The translations under genes and the position numbers were made by a program. A DNA stretch of 64,000 nt from an uncultured Chloroflexia bacterium (lineage in GTDB: Bacteria > Chloroflexota > Limnocylindria > Limnocylindrales > CSP1-4). Positions within the stretch are counted from its first letter, which is position 1, and each line of letters begins with the position of its first letter. The notes beneath the pieces were generated by a model. It did not search any database. It saw only the letters and a program-made list of their open reading frames with translations, and was not told the DNA's origin. Positions 39,381-49,661 of the stretch are shown here, piece after piece. The DNA lies in contig CAVVCZ010000008.1 of the NCBI GenBank assembly GCA_963746845.1, positions 9,385 to 73,384 on the forward strand, in the 5' to 3' direction.

Positions 39381-41425
39381 CAGCTGCCGGTCAGGAGGGT
39401 CCGACGCCGGACGCCACGGTCACGCAGCCAGCGGAACGCCAGCCACACGCCGAGGGCGAGCGCGGCCAGGGAGGCGACGACGCCGATGATCCGGTTCCGC
39501 CCGACTGCGGACGCCGACCCCCAGGTCGCCTTCGCGAACGAGCTCGCCCGAACCGTCGTCTCGAGGTCGCCCGCGGCGAACGCGGTGGCCGCCTCGGCCA
39601 GCGACGCGTCCGGCTTCGCGTTCCACAGCCCGATCGTCTGGACGATGTCGGTCCCACCCGTCCGTGACGCCGCGGCATCGCGGTACGCGGCAATCGCGGC
39701 CAGCTCCGCCTCTGCCTCCGCCGACGCGGCGGCGAAGCCGCGCGGGCCCTCGAAGTCGACCTGCATCGTGTCGGGTGGCGTCAGCCCGGCAGCCGATGCC
39801 GCGTCGGCGACCGCGTCACGGTCGTCGAGCGCGTTGGACGCGGCGTTCAGCAGCTCGCCGAGCCGCTCGTACTGCCAGACCCGGAGCGCGTCGCGCACGA
39901 CGCGCGGCATCTGCCAGTCGCCGGCCCGCGCCGCGACCTCCGCGTAGCCCGTCTTCGCCGCGTCGCGGTCGATGATCAGGTCGGCCTCGGCCGGTCGCGC
40001 GACCCAGTCCGTCCACAGGTCGGTGAAGTCCTTGCCGGTCCGGTCCTCGAGCAGGTCGAGGAGACCGCGCCAGTCCGGGGCGGCCTCGGACCGCTCGAGA
40101 TCGGCCGCGCCCGCGGCGACGGCGCCCTGCATGTTGCCCGGCTGGAACGGCGCGCGACGCTCCTGGATCGCCGCCCACAGGGACCGCAGGCCGTCCGGAC
40201 CCGCCCGCTCGGCGACGAGGGACGCCAGACGCAGGGCCGCGGCGTACTCCGCGTCCTCGGCCCGGGACGAGGTGCCGTCGGGGTTGGGCGGCCCCCACGC
40301 GTTCAGCGGCACGCGGAGCTTCGCGAGCGCCGGGGTCAGCGGATCACCGACGACTCCCTTCGCCTTGATCGCCTTGGCGGCCCCCAGGGCGTACCACGAC
40401 GCGAACCCCTCGCTCGCCCATCGGTCGGCCAGCAGGCCGCCGTCGAACCAGGCGTGAGCGGCCTCGTGGAGGATCACGAACGTGTCCGCGTAGTAGGCGA
40501 TCTCGATCGTGCCCTCGGCGGGCCGGTACTGGCTCGCGAAGCCGCTCGTGTTGCGGCTGACCGCCTCCTGGACGATGAGCGGACGGCTCGCGGTCCACGG
40601 CAGGCCGATCGCCTTCGAGAGCGCCGGCAGGCCCTTCGTCAGGAGCGAGCCGACCCGCTTCGCCCAGGCCGTGTCATCGGGCCACGACCGGAGCGTGATC
40701 GGGACCGTCTCCCCGCCGATCGGGACGTTGAGCTTCGTCTCCTTGAAGGCGCTCGGGCGGTCGGCGGTGAACGTGGCGATGAACGAGGTCGGGTTGGCGA
40801 GCCGGCCGGTCTGGAAGACCGTGTTGCCGGCGGCGTCGGTCGAGGGCTTGCCGACGCTGCCGCCACTCGGCTGGATCGCGTACCCGGGCGGGAAGACGAC
40901 CGTGACGCTGCCACCCGTCGCGCCGTCGCTGCCAAGGCCCCACGCGCTGAACGACACGAGGCTGGTCCCGATCCGAAGTGGGCGGGTCGGGGCGCCGCCC
41001 GGGTCCGGGATGTCGAAGCGGATCGAGAACGTCCGCGTCGCGCCCGCGCCGAGCTGCTTTCCGAAGTCGATCCTGAGCAGGTTGTAGGTCTTGTGGCGCG
41101 CGGTCGCGGTCACCTTCGGCGCCGCGCCCGCGCTCGAGATCTTGAAGCCGGTCGTGCCCGGCGGCACGGACAGGAACGCGCGATCGAAGAAGTAGCGGCG
41201 GGTCTTCGTGTCGGCCAGGTGGTTCGTGGCGGACAGGGCCACGGTCACGTGGACCTTGTGGGTCGCCGGGTCGACGACGTAGCGGGCGTCCGCCGTCGTC
41301 GTCAGGCCGCTCGCCGCGGCCACGTCGCCCGGCGCGCCCGGAGCGCCCGCGGGCAGGAGCGCGGTCACGGAGACGAGGCTGAGGGCGGCGACCAGGGTCG
41401 CCGCCGCGAGTCGCCCGCGGATCAT
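39380..41425 (-). CDS. Secreted/membrane gluzincin-like (HExxH) protein
   Basis: Signal peptide; ILHEAAHAWF...RWASEGFA; C-terminal TM helix. Confidence 0.75.
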   Translation of the reverse strand: MIRGRLAAATLVAALSLVSVTALLPAGAPGAPGDVAAASGLTTTADARYVVDPATHKVHVTVALSATNHLADTKTRRYFFDRAFLSVPPGTTGFKISSAGAAPKVTATARHKTYNLLRIDFGKQLGAGATRTFSIRFDIPDPGGAPTRPLRIGTSLVSFSAWGLGSDGATGGSVTVVFPPGYAIQPSGGSVGKPSTDAAGNTVFQTGRLANPTSFIATFTADRPSAFKETKLNVPIGGETVPITLRSWPDDTAWAKRVGSLLTKGLPALSKAIGLPWTASRPLIVQEAVSRNTSGFASQYRPAEGTIEIAYYADTFVILHEAAHAWFDGGLLADRWASEGFASWYALGAAKAIKAKGVVGDPLTPALAKLRVPLNAWGPPNPDGTSSRAEDAEYAAALRLASLVAERAGPDGLRSLWAAIQERRAPFQPGNMQGAVAAGAADLERSEAAPDWRGLLDLLEDRTGKDFTDLWTDWVARPAEADLIIDRDAAKTGYAEVAARAGDWQMPRVVRDALRVWQYERLGELLNAASNALDDRDAVADAASAAGLTPPDTMQVDFEGPRGFAAASAEAEAELAAIAAYRDAAASRTGGTDIVQTIGLWNAKPDASLAEAATAFAAGDLETTVRASSFAKATWGSASAVGRNRIIGVVASLAALALGVWLAFRWLRDRGVRRRTLLTGS

Positions 41426-41967
41426 CCGACGGCGGCCGGCTCGACGGGTCCGATCACCTCGGCCAGGCGATCCGCGTAGCGGACGAGCAGGTGGGCGCCG
41501 CGGCTCGTCCGGGCGCTCGTGTCCGGGACCCGGCCGCCGACCCACAGCCAGCTCGCGGACTCCTCGAGCAGCCGATCGGCGATCGCGAGGGAGCGCGCGA
41601 TCGCGAGCCCCAGCTCGTCCCGGTCGAGGGTGGCCACGGGGATCTCCGTCGCGAGGACCGGCCGCTCGTCCTCGGCGAGCGAGAACTTCACGAACGGGTA
41701 CTCGTCGTTCCAGCGCAAGAGCTTGCGGTACGACTTCCGGAACGCGTCCCCGATCGGCGGGGCGAAATGGACCCAGCAGATCAGGGCGAAGCCCGGATCG
41801 AGGATCAGGGTGATCGGGACGTCGAAGCGGCGCAGGCCGTCGAGGCGCAGGTCCCACGACGAGACGCTGTCGCGGTCGGCGCGCTCGGTCGGCGCCAGCC
41901 CGAGGTCGTCGAGCCAGCGCTCGACATCGGTCGGTCGGACCATCGCCCCCGACTCCGCTGCAGGCAT
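41422..41967 (-). CDS. YbjN-domain (T3SS-chaperone fold) protein
   Basis: YRKLLRWN..YPFVKF.L.ED pattern; about 170 aa. Confidence 0.6.
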   Translation of the reverse strand: MPAAESGAMVRPTDVERWLDDLGLAPTERADRDSVSSWDLRLDGLRRFDVPITLILDPGFALICWVHFAPPIGDAFRKSYRKLLRWNDEYPFVKFSLAEDERPVLATEIPVATLDRDELGLAIARSLAIADRLLEESASWLWVGGRVPDTSARTSRGAHLLVRYADRLAEVIGPVEPAAVG

Positions 41968-42021
41968 GGCGGGCAGTCTACCGTCCGGTGTCGATCGGGG
42001 CCGTCGCGGCCCCTCGGGCGC

Positions 42022-43416
42022 TCAGGTGTCCGAGGCGCCCCCGGCGCGGGCGACCGAGCCCGCCGACGACGACTCCTTGACGGCGGCGGACGATCCGGAC
42101 CGCGCGGCGCCGGCCTCGGCCCGTCGATTGGCGACGGCCAGCCGCGCTGCGGCGGTCGCGGGCCGACCGGACTCGATCGACGAACCGCTTTTCACGACGC
42201 GCTTCGGGAAGTCGGTCGCCTTCACGTCGCCGGCGATCTTCACGTTCCGTCCGATCCGCGCCCCGCGCGGGATCACCGCCCGCTTGCCGATCACCGTGAT
42301 CCCGGTGTTCAGCCGGCCGGGCTCCTGCTTGTTCGGCGTGTCGAAGTCCGGTCCGTCGCCGACGATCGCGCCCGGCCCGACCACGACCTCCTTGTCGAGG
42401 ATCGAACGGTCGACGACCGCGCCGGATCGGATGATCGAGTCGAACATCACGATCGAGTCGCGGACCACCGCCCCGACGTCCACCCGGACGCCCGGCGACA
42501 GCACGCTGTTCACGACCGTCCCGTTGATCACGCAGCCGTGGCTGATCAGGCTCCGGTGGACCTGCGCGGTCGGGCCGACCTGGGCGGGCGCCCGTTCCTC
42601 CGACCGGGTGTGGATCAGCCAGTCACGGTCGTACAGGTCGAGCGCGGCGTTGTCCTCGAGCAGTGCGAGGTTCGCCTCCCAGTAGCTCTGGATCGTCCCG
42701 ACGTCCTGCCAGTACCCCTCGAAGTGGTAGCCGAAGACGCGGGCACCGCCGTCGAGCATCGCCGGGATGACGTCGCGGCCGAAGTCGTTGCGGTCCTCGC
42801 TCAGCCAGCGCATCAGGGCCCGCTTCGAGAAGACGTAGACGCCCATCGACGCGAGATCGCTCTTCGGGTGCTTGGGCTTCTCCTGCCACTCGGTGACCCT
42901 GTCGTTCTCGTCGAGCGCGAGGATTCCCATCCGCGTCGCCTCGATGAGCGGCACCCGCCGGACCGCGATCGTGACGTCGGCCCGCTTCCGGCGATGGGCG
43001 GCGATGAACGGCTGGTAGTCCATCTTGTAGATGTGGTCGCCGGCGAGGATCAGGACGATGTCGCCCCCGTCGTGCTCGATGACGTTGAAGTTCTGAAGGA
43101 CCGCGTCGGCCGTCCCGCGATACCACTCCGCGACGCGGCCGCGCGCGATGTACGGCTGGAGGAGCTTCACGCCGCCGTTGTTGCGGTCGAGGTCCCACGG
43201 CCGGCCGAGACCGATGTGGTCGTTCAGCGAGCGTGGGTTGTACTGGGTCAGGACCACGACGTTGTCGATGTCGGAGTTGACGCAGTTCGACAGCGTGAAG
43301 TCGATGATCCGGTACTTGCCGCCGAACGGGACGGCAGGCTTCGCGCGGACCGACGAGAGGATCGACAGGCGCTCACCCTCACCACCGGCGAGGATCACCG
43401 CCATCGTCCGCTTCAT
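42022..43416 (-). CDS. glgC: Glucose-1-phosphate adenylyltransferase
   Basis: [44 protein letters not shown]. Confidence 0.95.
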   Translation of the reverse strand: MKRTMAVILAGGEGERLSILSSVRAKPAVPFGGKYRIIDFTLSNCVNSDIDNVVVLTQYNPRSLNDHIGLGRPWDLDRNNGGVKLLQPYIARGRVAEWYRGTADAVLQNFNVIEHDGGDIVLILAGDHIYKMDYQPFIAAHRRKRADVTIAVRRVPLIEATRMGILALDENDRVTEWQEKPKHPKSDLASMGVYVFSKRALMRWLSEDRNDFGRDVIPAMLDGGARVFGYHFEGYWQDVGTIQSYWEANLALLEDNAALDLYDRDWLIHTRSEERAPAQVGPTAQVHRSLISHGCVINGTVVNSVLSPGVRVDVGAVVRDSIVMFDSIIRSGAVVDRSILDKEVVVGPGAIVGDGPDFDTPNKQEPGRLNTGITVIGKRAVIPRGARIGRNVKIAGDVKATDFPKRVVKSGSSIESGRPATAAARLAVANRRAEAGAARSGSSAAVKESSSAGSVARAGGASDT

Positions 43417-43487
43417 CGTCCGATGCTAACAGCCTCGGCCGTCGTTCACCGGTGACCGGGAGGTGAACGTTCGGTTGCGCGGACGAG

Positions 43488-44870
43488 CTAGAGGAACAGC
43501 CGCGGGTTGACGAAGTCGTCGTTGAACCGGACGGCCCAATGGAGGTGCGCCCCGGTCGAGTGGCCCGTGTTGCCCTCGTGGCCGACAACCTGGCCGGCGT
43601 TGACATGCGTGCCCGTGTGGGCGGGGCAGTTCGGGGTCATGTGGGCGTACCAGGTCTCGAGCGACTGGCTGTGGGCGACGATCACGATCCACGCCGGGTC
43701 GGCCCCGTCCGCGTAGTTCCAGCCGCAGTAGACGACCTCGCCTGCCCCGGACGCGCGCACCGGAGTGCCGTACGGGCTGACGATGTCGATCCCCTGGTGG
43801 AAGTGGGCGCAGGTGCCGAGCGGAGGCTCGAAGACGACGCCGGTGCAGCCGAAGTCCTGGCTCACGGCGCCCGACATCGGCCACTTCAGCGTCCCGTTGT
43901 ATTGGGACGGGATGTTGCCGTGGGCGTATTGCTGGGCGACGAGGTCGCTGATCTTCTGGGCGAGCGCGTGCTTGGCGGCGTCCGTGATCCTGAGCGCCTT
44001 GGCGAGGTCCTTCTTGTTCCGGGCCAGCCGTGCGTAGGCGGCGTTCTGGATCGCGAGCGCGCTCTTCGTCGCCTGCTCGAGGCGACGGAGCTCGGCCTGC
44101 GCGGCCTTCAGCGCCTTGAGCTGCTTGTCCAGCTTCGCCTTCTGGGCGGCGGTCTGGACCCGCAGGTCATCGGTGGCCGAGCGCATGTCCTCGACGGTCT
44201 GCTCGACCGCCGCGAGGGTCTGCTGGTCCTGGACGATCTGGATGGCGAGGGCCTTGTCCTGCTCGCTGACGTCGATCGCGTAGCTGACGTCGGACAGGAC
44301 GTCCGTGAACGATTCGCCCGAGAGGAAGGTCTCGAGCATCGACGTGCGATCCGTGTCGTACGCCTGGCGGAGCCGGTCGGCGAGGATCGCCTTGCGCTCG
44401 GCCAGCTGCCAGCGCATCCGCATCTCGTTGATCTTGATCCGTGCGAGCTGACTGTCGAGGAGGTTCAGGCTGGCGACCTGGGCCAGGTAGTTCAGCCGCA
44501 CGACCGCGATCTTCCGCGCCATCGTGTTGATCGAGGCCCGGACCGAGACGAGATCGGCGTTGATCCCGTTGAGCTGGCGCTTCGTCGCGGCGATCTCTTG
44601 GCCGAGATCGGCCTGGAGGGCGTTGATCTGGTCGACCTGCGCCTTCTGGTCCTTCAGCTGCTGGGCGAGCGCGGTCTGGCGGGCTCGAGCGTCGGAGAGC
44701 TCGTCCGCGCCGACCGGTGACGCGGGCGCGCCGCCGATCCCGACGATGAGGGACGCGAGGACGAGCAGGGGGACGAAGCGCGCACGGCCGAGGACAGGTC
44801 GTCGGCCGATCCGGCCGGTGCCCTGGCTGCGTGACGTGTCGGGGGCCGAGTGGGCGCCTGGGCGCTTCAC
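43488..44870 (-). CDS. Coiled-coil M23 metallopeptidase (EnvC/MepM-like)
   Basis: Signal peptide, long coiled coil, HQGID, YAHM, GNTG.STGAHLH. Confidence 0.88.
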   Translation of the reverse strand: MKRPGAHSAPDTSRSQGTGRIGRRPVLGRARFVPLLVLASLIVGIGGAPASPVGADELSDARARQTALAQQLKDQKAQVDQINALQADLGQEIAATKRQLNGINADLVSVRASINTMARKIAVVRLNYLAQVASLNLLDSQLARIKINEMRMRWQLAERKAILADRLRQAYDTDRTSMLETFLSGESFTDVLSDVSYAIDVSEQDKALAIQIVQDQQTLAAVEQTVEDMRSATDDLRVQTAAQKAKLDKQLKALKAAQAELRRLEQATKSALAIQNAAYARLARNKKDLAKALRITDAAKHALAQKISDLVAQQYAHGNIPSQYNGTLKWPMSGAVSQDFGCTGVVFEPPLGTCAHFHQGIDIVSPYGTPVRASGAGEVVYCGWNYADGADPAWIVIVAHSQSLETWYAHMTPNCPAHTGTHVNAGQVVGHEGNTGHSTGAHLHWAVRFNDDFVNPRLFL

Positions 44871-45119
44871 CGGGGCATCGTCATCGTGCGAACAACTCCG
44901 TTGGCGTTGCCCCGTTCTCACCAGACGCGCTGGGGGCGCGGGTGTCGGCAGCGACGCCGATCGTTCCGCCCCGACAGGGCACCCTCAGGACGATGACCGA
45001 CTGCCCGGCATCATACCTCGGGCTGTCCAACCTATCAGCCGTCCGGAGGCCCCGGGACCCTGACGATGGTCCCAAGTCGTGCCGGGACGCCGCTCGCCAC
45101 GGCAGCGCCCGGACAACCA

Positions 45120-45764
45120 TCAGGGCGTGACGAAGATCGCCCAGAGCGCGCCGAAGATCAGGAACGGCCCGAACGGCACATACGTCCGCCGACCGACCCG
45201 CTTCGTCACGAGCAGTACGAGCAGCACGATCCCGGCCACCAGCAATCCGGCGATCAGACCGTTGAGCGCACGCAACAGCCCGAGCATCAGCCCGACCCCC
45301 ACGAGCAGCTTCACGTCGCCCATCCCGAACGCGCCGGCCCCGAACGGGATCGACAGCAGGTACAGCCCGCCCGGCAGGACGATCGCGACGATCAGCGCCG
45401 CGATCCACGCCCCGCCGACGAGCGGGTTGTGACCGGTCAGGTTCAGCACGAGAGCCACCGGGATGATCGGCAGCGTCACCTCGTCGGGGAGCAGACGCTG
45501 GTCGAGGTCCACCGCGAACCCGAGGACCAGGGACGCGAACCAGGCGGCGAACACGACGACAGCCACGGCCTCGGCGTCGGCGAACTTCAGGTCGAGGAGC
45601 GAGAACGCGAACGCCCCGACCGCGCCCGTGACGACCGTCCGCCAGCCCATCGGCCGGCCGGGTGGATGCTCGTCGTCGTGCTCGGGCCAGCGCACGGCGA
45701 GGCGATCCGCGGCGACGCCGAACACGGCCCCGCAGATCGCGAGGGCCGCGGCGAGAGGGGTCAG
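45120..45764 (-). CDS. A24 prepilin peptidase family protein
   Basis: DL..RLLPD, GMGDVKL, VPFGPFL; start uncertain (CTG overlapping the pepA stop). Confidence 0.8.
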   Translation of the reverse strand: MTPLAAALAICGAVFGVAADRLAVRWPEHDDEHPPGRPMGWRTVVTGAVGAFAFSLLDLKFADAEAVAVVVFAAWFASLVLGFAVDLDQRLLPDEVTLPIIPVALVLNLTGHNPLVGGAWIAALIVAIVLPGGLYLLSIPFGAGAFGMGDVKLLVGVGLMLGLLRALNGLIAGLLVAGIVLLVLLVTKRVGRRTYVPFGPFLIFGALWAIFVTP

Positions 45765-47278
45765 CCCTTCGCCCCGGCCAGCGCCAGCTCGACGAGCGTC
45801 GCGTGGGTGACGCCGGTCGCGCCGCGCGCCGCGTACGGCGTGGTCTTCCGGAAGTAGCCCGTGCCGCCGATGTCGAGGTGGACCCACGGCACCGTCCGGA
45901 ACTCTCGCAGGAAGATGCCCGACTTCACGAGCGACCCTTCGGCGGAGCCCGTGTTGATGATGTCGCCGTACCAGCTGTCCATGTCGCTCGTGTACTCATC
46001 GACGAGCGGGATCTGCCAGTAGCGCTCGGCGGCCCGATCGGCCGCGGCCATCACCTGGTCCCACCACGGCTGGGGCGTCCCGAACGCCCCGGTGATCAGG
46101 TGCCCGAACGCCCGCGACACCGCGCCGGTGAGCGTGGCCACGTCGACGATGTGGGTCGCCCCGAGGCGCTCCGCGTAGGTCATCGCGTCACCGAGGATCA
46201 GGCGGCCCTCGGCGTCGGTGTTGATGATGTCGACCCACTTGCCGTTCAGCGCGCGAACGACGTCGCCCGGCCGCGTCGAGTGCGGACCGGGCATGTTCTC
46301 GACGGCCGGGGCGACCGCGAGGAGCGGTGTGCCCGGGGCGATCCGGGACACGGTGTCGATGGCCGCGATCACGGTGCACGCACCGATCTTGTCCATCTTC
46401 ATCTCTTCCATCCGGTCGGCCGGCTTGATGCTGATGCCGCCGGAGTCGAAGCAGACGCCCTTGCCGACGATCGCGAGATGACGGTCGAGGGCGTCGCGCT
46501 CCCCTTCCCCGCCCGAGCGCATGACGATCATCCGCGGCGGGTTGTCGCTGCCCTGGCCGACGGCGAGGAACATCCCCATCCCGAGGTCCCGCGCGCGGTC
46601 GGGCTCGATGACGTCGATCCACAGCCCGTGGCGCTCCGCGATCGTGCGGGCTTCCTCGGCGAGGACCTCCGGGCTGACGTCATTGGCAGATCGGTTCGAG
46701 AGCGACTTCGCGTGGTTCGCGCCCTCGCCGATGATCACGCCGCGCTCGGCGGCCCGCTGCAGCTCCCCGGTCGAGGCCGCGCCGGTCGCCACGAGGATCA
46801 GCTCGTCGAGGACCGGCGGCGCGGTGGCGAGGTCGTCGGGGTCGCGATACAGGGTCTTCGGGTCGAAGCCCCCCTCGACGACCCCGCGGGCGATCAGCTC
46901 GGCGACCGCGGCGGCACCCCCATCGAGAATGGCCGACAACGGATCGAGCCAGACCGCCAGCGTCCGCGCATGACGGCCGCCGAGCCGGTGCTCCGTCGCG
47001 GCGCCGACGTGCAGGACGGTCTCGCGGTCGAGCTTGGCCGGGTCGCCGGCACTGACCGTGAGAACCCGGCCGGCCGCGAGCTCACCGGGGGCGGCGATCG
47101 ACGAGCTGTATCGCTTCGCCCGCAGCTCGCCGAACGCGGCGAGGGCCGCGAGCTCGCCGCCGGTTCGCTTGTTCAGCTCGCCGAGAGGGCCGTCGAATGC
47201 CGGGTCACCGACGATCGGGACGGCGAGGACGTCGGCCCGGACGTCCCACGGTTGGTCGGTGACGACACGCAGCAGCAC
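45761..47278 (-). CDS. pepA: Leucyl aminopeptidase (M17)
   Basis: VGKGVCFDSGG, MK.D..G, ENMP, NTDAEGRL, ATLTGA, HLDI. Confidence 0.93.
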   Translation of the reverse strand: MLLRVVTDQPWDVRADVLAVPIVGDPAFDGPLGELNKRTGGELAALAAFGELRAKRYSSSIAAPGELAAGRVLTVSAGDPAKLDRETVLHVGAATEHRLGGRHARTLAVWLDPLSAILDGGAAAVAELIARGVVEGGFDPKTLYRDPDDLATAPPVLDELILVATGAASTGELQRAAERGVIIGEGANHAKSLSNRSANDVSPEVLAEEARTIAERHGLWIDVIEPDRARDLGMGMFLAVGQGSDNPPRMIVMRSGGEGERDALDRHLAIVGKGVCFDSGGISIKPADRMEEMKMDKIGACTVIAAIDTVSRIAPGTPLLAVAPAVENMPGPHSTRPGDVVRALNGKWVDIINTDAEGRLILGDAMTYAERLGATHIVDVATLTGAVSRAFGHLITGAFGTPQPWWDQVMAAADRAAERYWQIPLVDEYTSDMDSWYGDIINTGSAEGSLVKSGIFLREFRTVPWVHLDIGGTGYFRKTTPYAARGATGVTHATLVELALAGAKG

Positions 47279-47353
47279 GGATGGGCTCTCCTTGCGGTGA
47301 GTCGCGCCACGGGTCGGGCGCGTCCGGGATGAGTGGCCGCAGTGTAGCGGCGG

Positions 47354-48334
47354 TCAGCCGCTCGCCGTCGGAGCCGGGGACGACGATGACCTGGGCGCCG
47401 CCAGCTCGTCGACAGCCGACTGGAGCTTGAGCTTCGCCCCTTCGATCCCGATGACGGCCTGATTGAGCCCGCCCCGGCCGATCTCGGCGAGGATAATCAC
47501 GAGTCCCGAGGTGTTCGCCGGCAGCAGCGAGTGCGCGTGACGCTCGTCGATCGCGGCCTGCTTGAGGTCGTCCGTGATCCGGCCCTTCGCGTCGATCGTG
47601 GCCTGGTACAGGTGGCCGAGCGCCGCGTCGTACTCGACGTTCCGGTCGATCCACTGCGTCAACGTCGTGACGTCGACCGTGTTCGCCAGGGCGTCGCGAA
47701 GCGTCTTCGCCGCGTCGAGCTTCGCCTGCGCCTCCTTCAGCGTCTTCAGCGCCGCGGCGTACTTGCCGGCCCGGCCGCTCGCCGCCGCCTGGCCCGCGAT
47801 CGTGTCGTGATCGGTGAGCAGCGAGGTCAGGCCGTTGGCCGTCGTCGCCCCGGCCGCGAGCCGGATCCATGCCGCCTCGAGACCGCTTGTCGCGTCCAGC
47901 GCGGCCAGCGCGACGTCTCGCCGATGGCGGGTCTCGGGCGACCACGTGAGGTCCTCGGTCGGCCCCGTCCCCGGAAGCTGGGTCAGCTCGGCGCGGATCG
48001 CCGCCGAGCGGTCCTCGATCGACCGCGCGAGCGTCTTGCCGTCGGCGACGGACGAGTCGAGCGTCGCGAAGTCCGAGTCCACGAGGGCGGTCAGCGCGCC
48101 CCGCCCGAGCTCGCCGAGCTTGTCGACGTCGCCCGACAGGTCACTCAGCTCCGTCTGGGCCCGGGCCAGCCCGGCGGCCGCGGCGGCGTCGCCCTCGGCG
48201 GTCAGCTCCGGTCGCGCGGCGGTCCCCGGCGGGTTGGCGAGCGTCGCCACGAGCCCGGCGCCACCGATCGCGATGACCGCGGCGAGGAGCAGCCAGACGA
48301 CGGTGACGGACGCCTGCTTGAGGGACGGACTCAT
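47354..48334 (-). CDS. Hypothetical single-TM helical protein
   Basis: N-terminal TM helix, Ala-rich helices, GC3 bias. Confidence 0.65.
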   Translation of the reverse strand: MSPSLKQASVTVVWLLLAAVIAIGGAGLVATLANPPGTAARPELTAEGDAAAAAGLARAQTELSDLSGDVDKLGELGRGALTALVDSDFATLDSSVADGKTLARSIEDRSAAIRAELTQLPGTGPTEDLTWSPETRHRRDVALAALDATSGLEAAWIRLAAGATTANGLTSLLTDHDTIAGQAAASGRAGKYAAALKTLKEAQAKLDAAKTLRDALANTVDVTTLTQWIDRNVEYDAALGHLYQATIDAKGRITDDLKQAAIDERHAHSLLPANTSGLVIILAEIGRGGLNQAVIGIEGAKLKLQSAVDELAAPRSSSSPAPTASG

Positions 48335-48384
48335 GCGGCGATTCGGCTCGGCCCGGACATCGGGCGGCATCGTAGCATCGGGTC

Positions 48385-49428
48385 GTGCGTGCCCCCCTCG
48401 ACTCCGGAGCCCGGCGTGCGTGGCTGGCGTCGATGCCGAAGGCGGAGCTGCACCTCCACCTCGACGGGTCAATCCGGATCGAGACGGCGATCGAGCTCGC
48501 CCGGACACGGGGCGTCGAGGCGCCCCGGGACGTCGAGGGCATGCGACGCGAGCTCGTCGCCCCGATGCCCTGCCGCGACCAGGCGGAGCTCCTCCGCGCG
48601 TTCGAGATCCCGATCCTGCTCCTGCAGGACGCCGAGGCGCTCGAACGGATCACCGCGGAGCTGGTCGAGACGAAGGCGGCCGAGGGCGTGCGCTACGCCG
48701 AGATCCGGTGGGCACCGGCGCTCCACACCGCGCGCGGCCTCTCCCTCGAGGATGGCATCGCGGCGGTGGCGCGCGGGGCGCGCGACGCGGCGAGCCGGCA
48801 CGGGATCGAGATCCGGCTGATCTGCACGGCGATGCGCTCCCACGACCCGGCATCGAACGTGGCGCTCGCGCGGGTCGCGGCCCGGTTCGCCGGCGACGGG
48901 CTGACCGGCTGGGACCTGGCGGGCCCCGAGGCGGCATTCCCGGACCCTGCTCTCCACGCGGCCGCCTTCGCGGCAGCACGGGAGGCGGGTCTCCGGATCA
49001 CCGTCCACGCCGGCGAGTGGGGCGGCGCGGTACAGGTGCGGCGTGCGTTGACCGTCGACCCGGAGCGCATCGCCCACGGCCCGGGCGCGATCGACGACCC
49101 CGACCTGATGCGCGAGCTGACCGCGCGCGGGATCTCCCTCGACGTCTGCCCGACCTCGAACTGGCAGGCCGGGATCGTGTCCTCGATCGCCGCCCATCCG
49201 CTGGCGCGACTCCATCGCGCGGGCGTGCCGGTGACGCTCTCGACCGACGACACGACCGTCTCCGACCTGTCGCTGACCGACGAGTACGAACGGGCGCTCG
49301 ACCTGATCGGGCTGACGGTCGACGAGCTCTGGGCGATCGACCGGGCCGCCCTCGACCACGCCTTCGCGGATGCGCCGACCCTCGACCGCCTGCGGGCGGC
49401 GTTCGACGCATGGGCGACGAGCGCCTAG
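48385..49428 (+). CDS. add: Adenosine deaminase
   Basis: PKAELHLHLDGS, HAGE, RIAHG, CPTSN, STDD. Confidence 0.92.
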   Translation: MRAPLDSGARRAWLASMPKAELHLHLDGSIRIETAIELARTRGVEAPRDVEGMRRELVAPMPCRDQAELLRAFEIPILLLQDAEALERITAELVETKAAEGVRYAEIRWAPALHTARGLSLEDGIAAVARGARDAASRHGIEIRLICTAMRSHDPASNVALARVAARFAGDGLTGWDLAGPEAAFPDPALHAAAFAAAREAGLRITVHAGEWGGAVQVRRALTVDPERIAHGPGAIDDPDLMRELTARGISLDVCPTSNWQAGIVSSIAAHPLARLHRAGVPVTLSTDDTTVSDLSLTDEYERALDLIGLTVDELWAIDRAALDHAFADAPTLDRLRAAFDAWATSA

Positions 49429-49439
49429 GCCGAACGACC

Positions 49440-49575
49440 GTCCGAAATCGTTCGCCGCTCGGAGTCACTGTCCTTCTCCGACCCGTACGTCCGATTCCGG
49501 AGTCCGAACTCGGACGACCGCGACCGGGGCGAGTTCGCCGCTCGGAAGGGCCGAGATCGGAGTCCGAATTCGGAA
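49440..49575. repeat. Intergenic palindromic/direct repeat cluster
   Basis: GTTCGCCGCTCGGA at 49450 and 49533; CGGAGTCCGAAYTCGGA at 49498 and 49558. Confidence 0.6.
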
Positions 49576-49661
49576 GTCCTGACGTGGAAGTGAGAGTGTC
49601 TTCCCGTGGCGTGCGAAATCGGACTGGTTGCGGGGCCCGGACGCCCCTGGCCGGCCGGCGA

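Noticed and set aside
44871-45119. c-di-AMP (ydaO) riboswitch before the M23 peptidase
   Set aside because: Conserved ydaO motifs were not found; only a TATGAT -10 element is evident.
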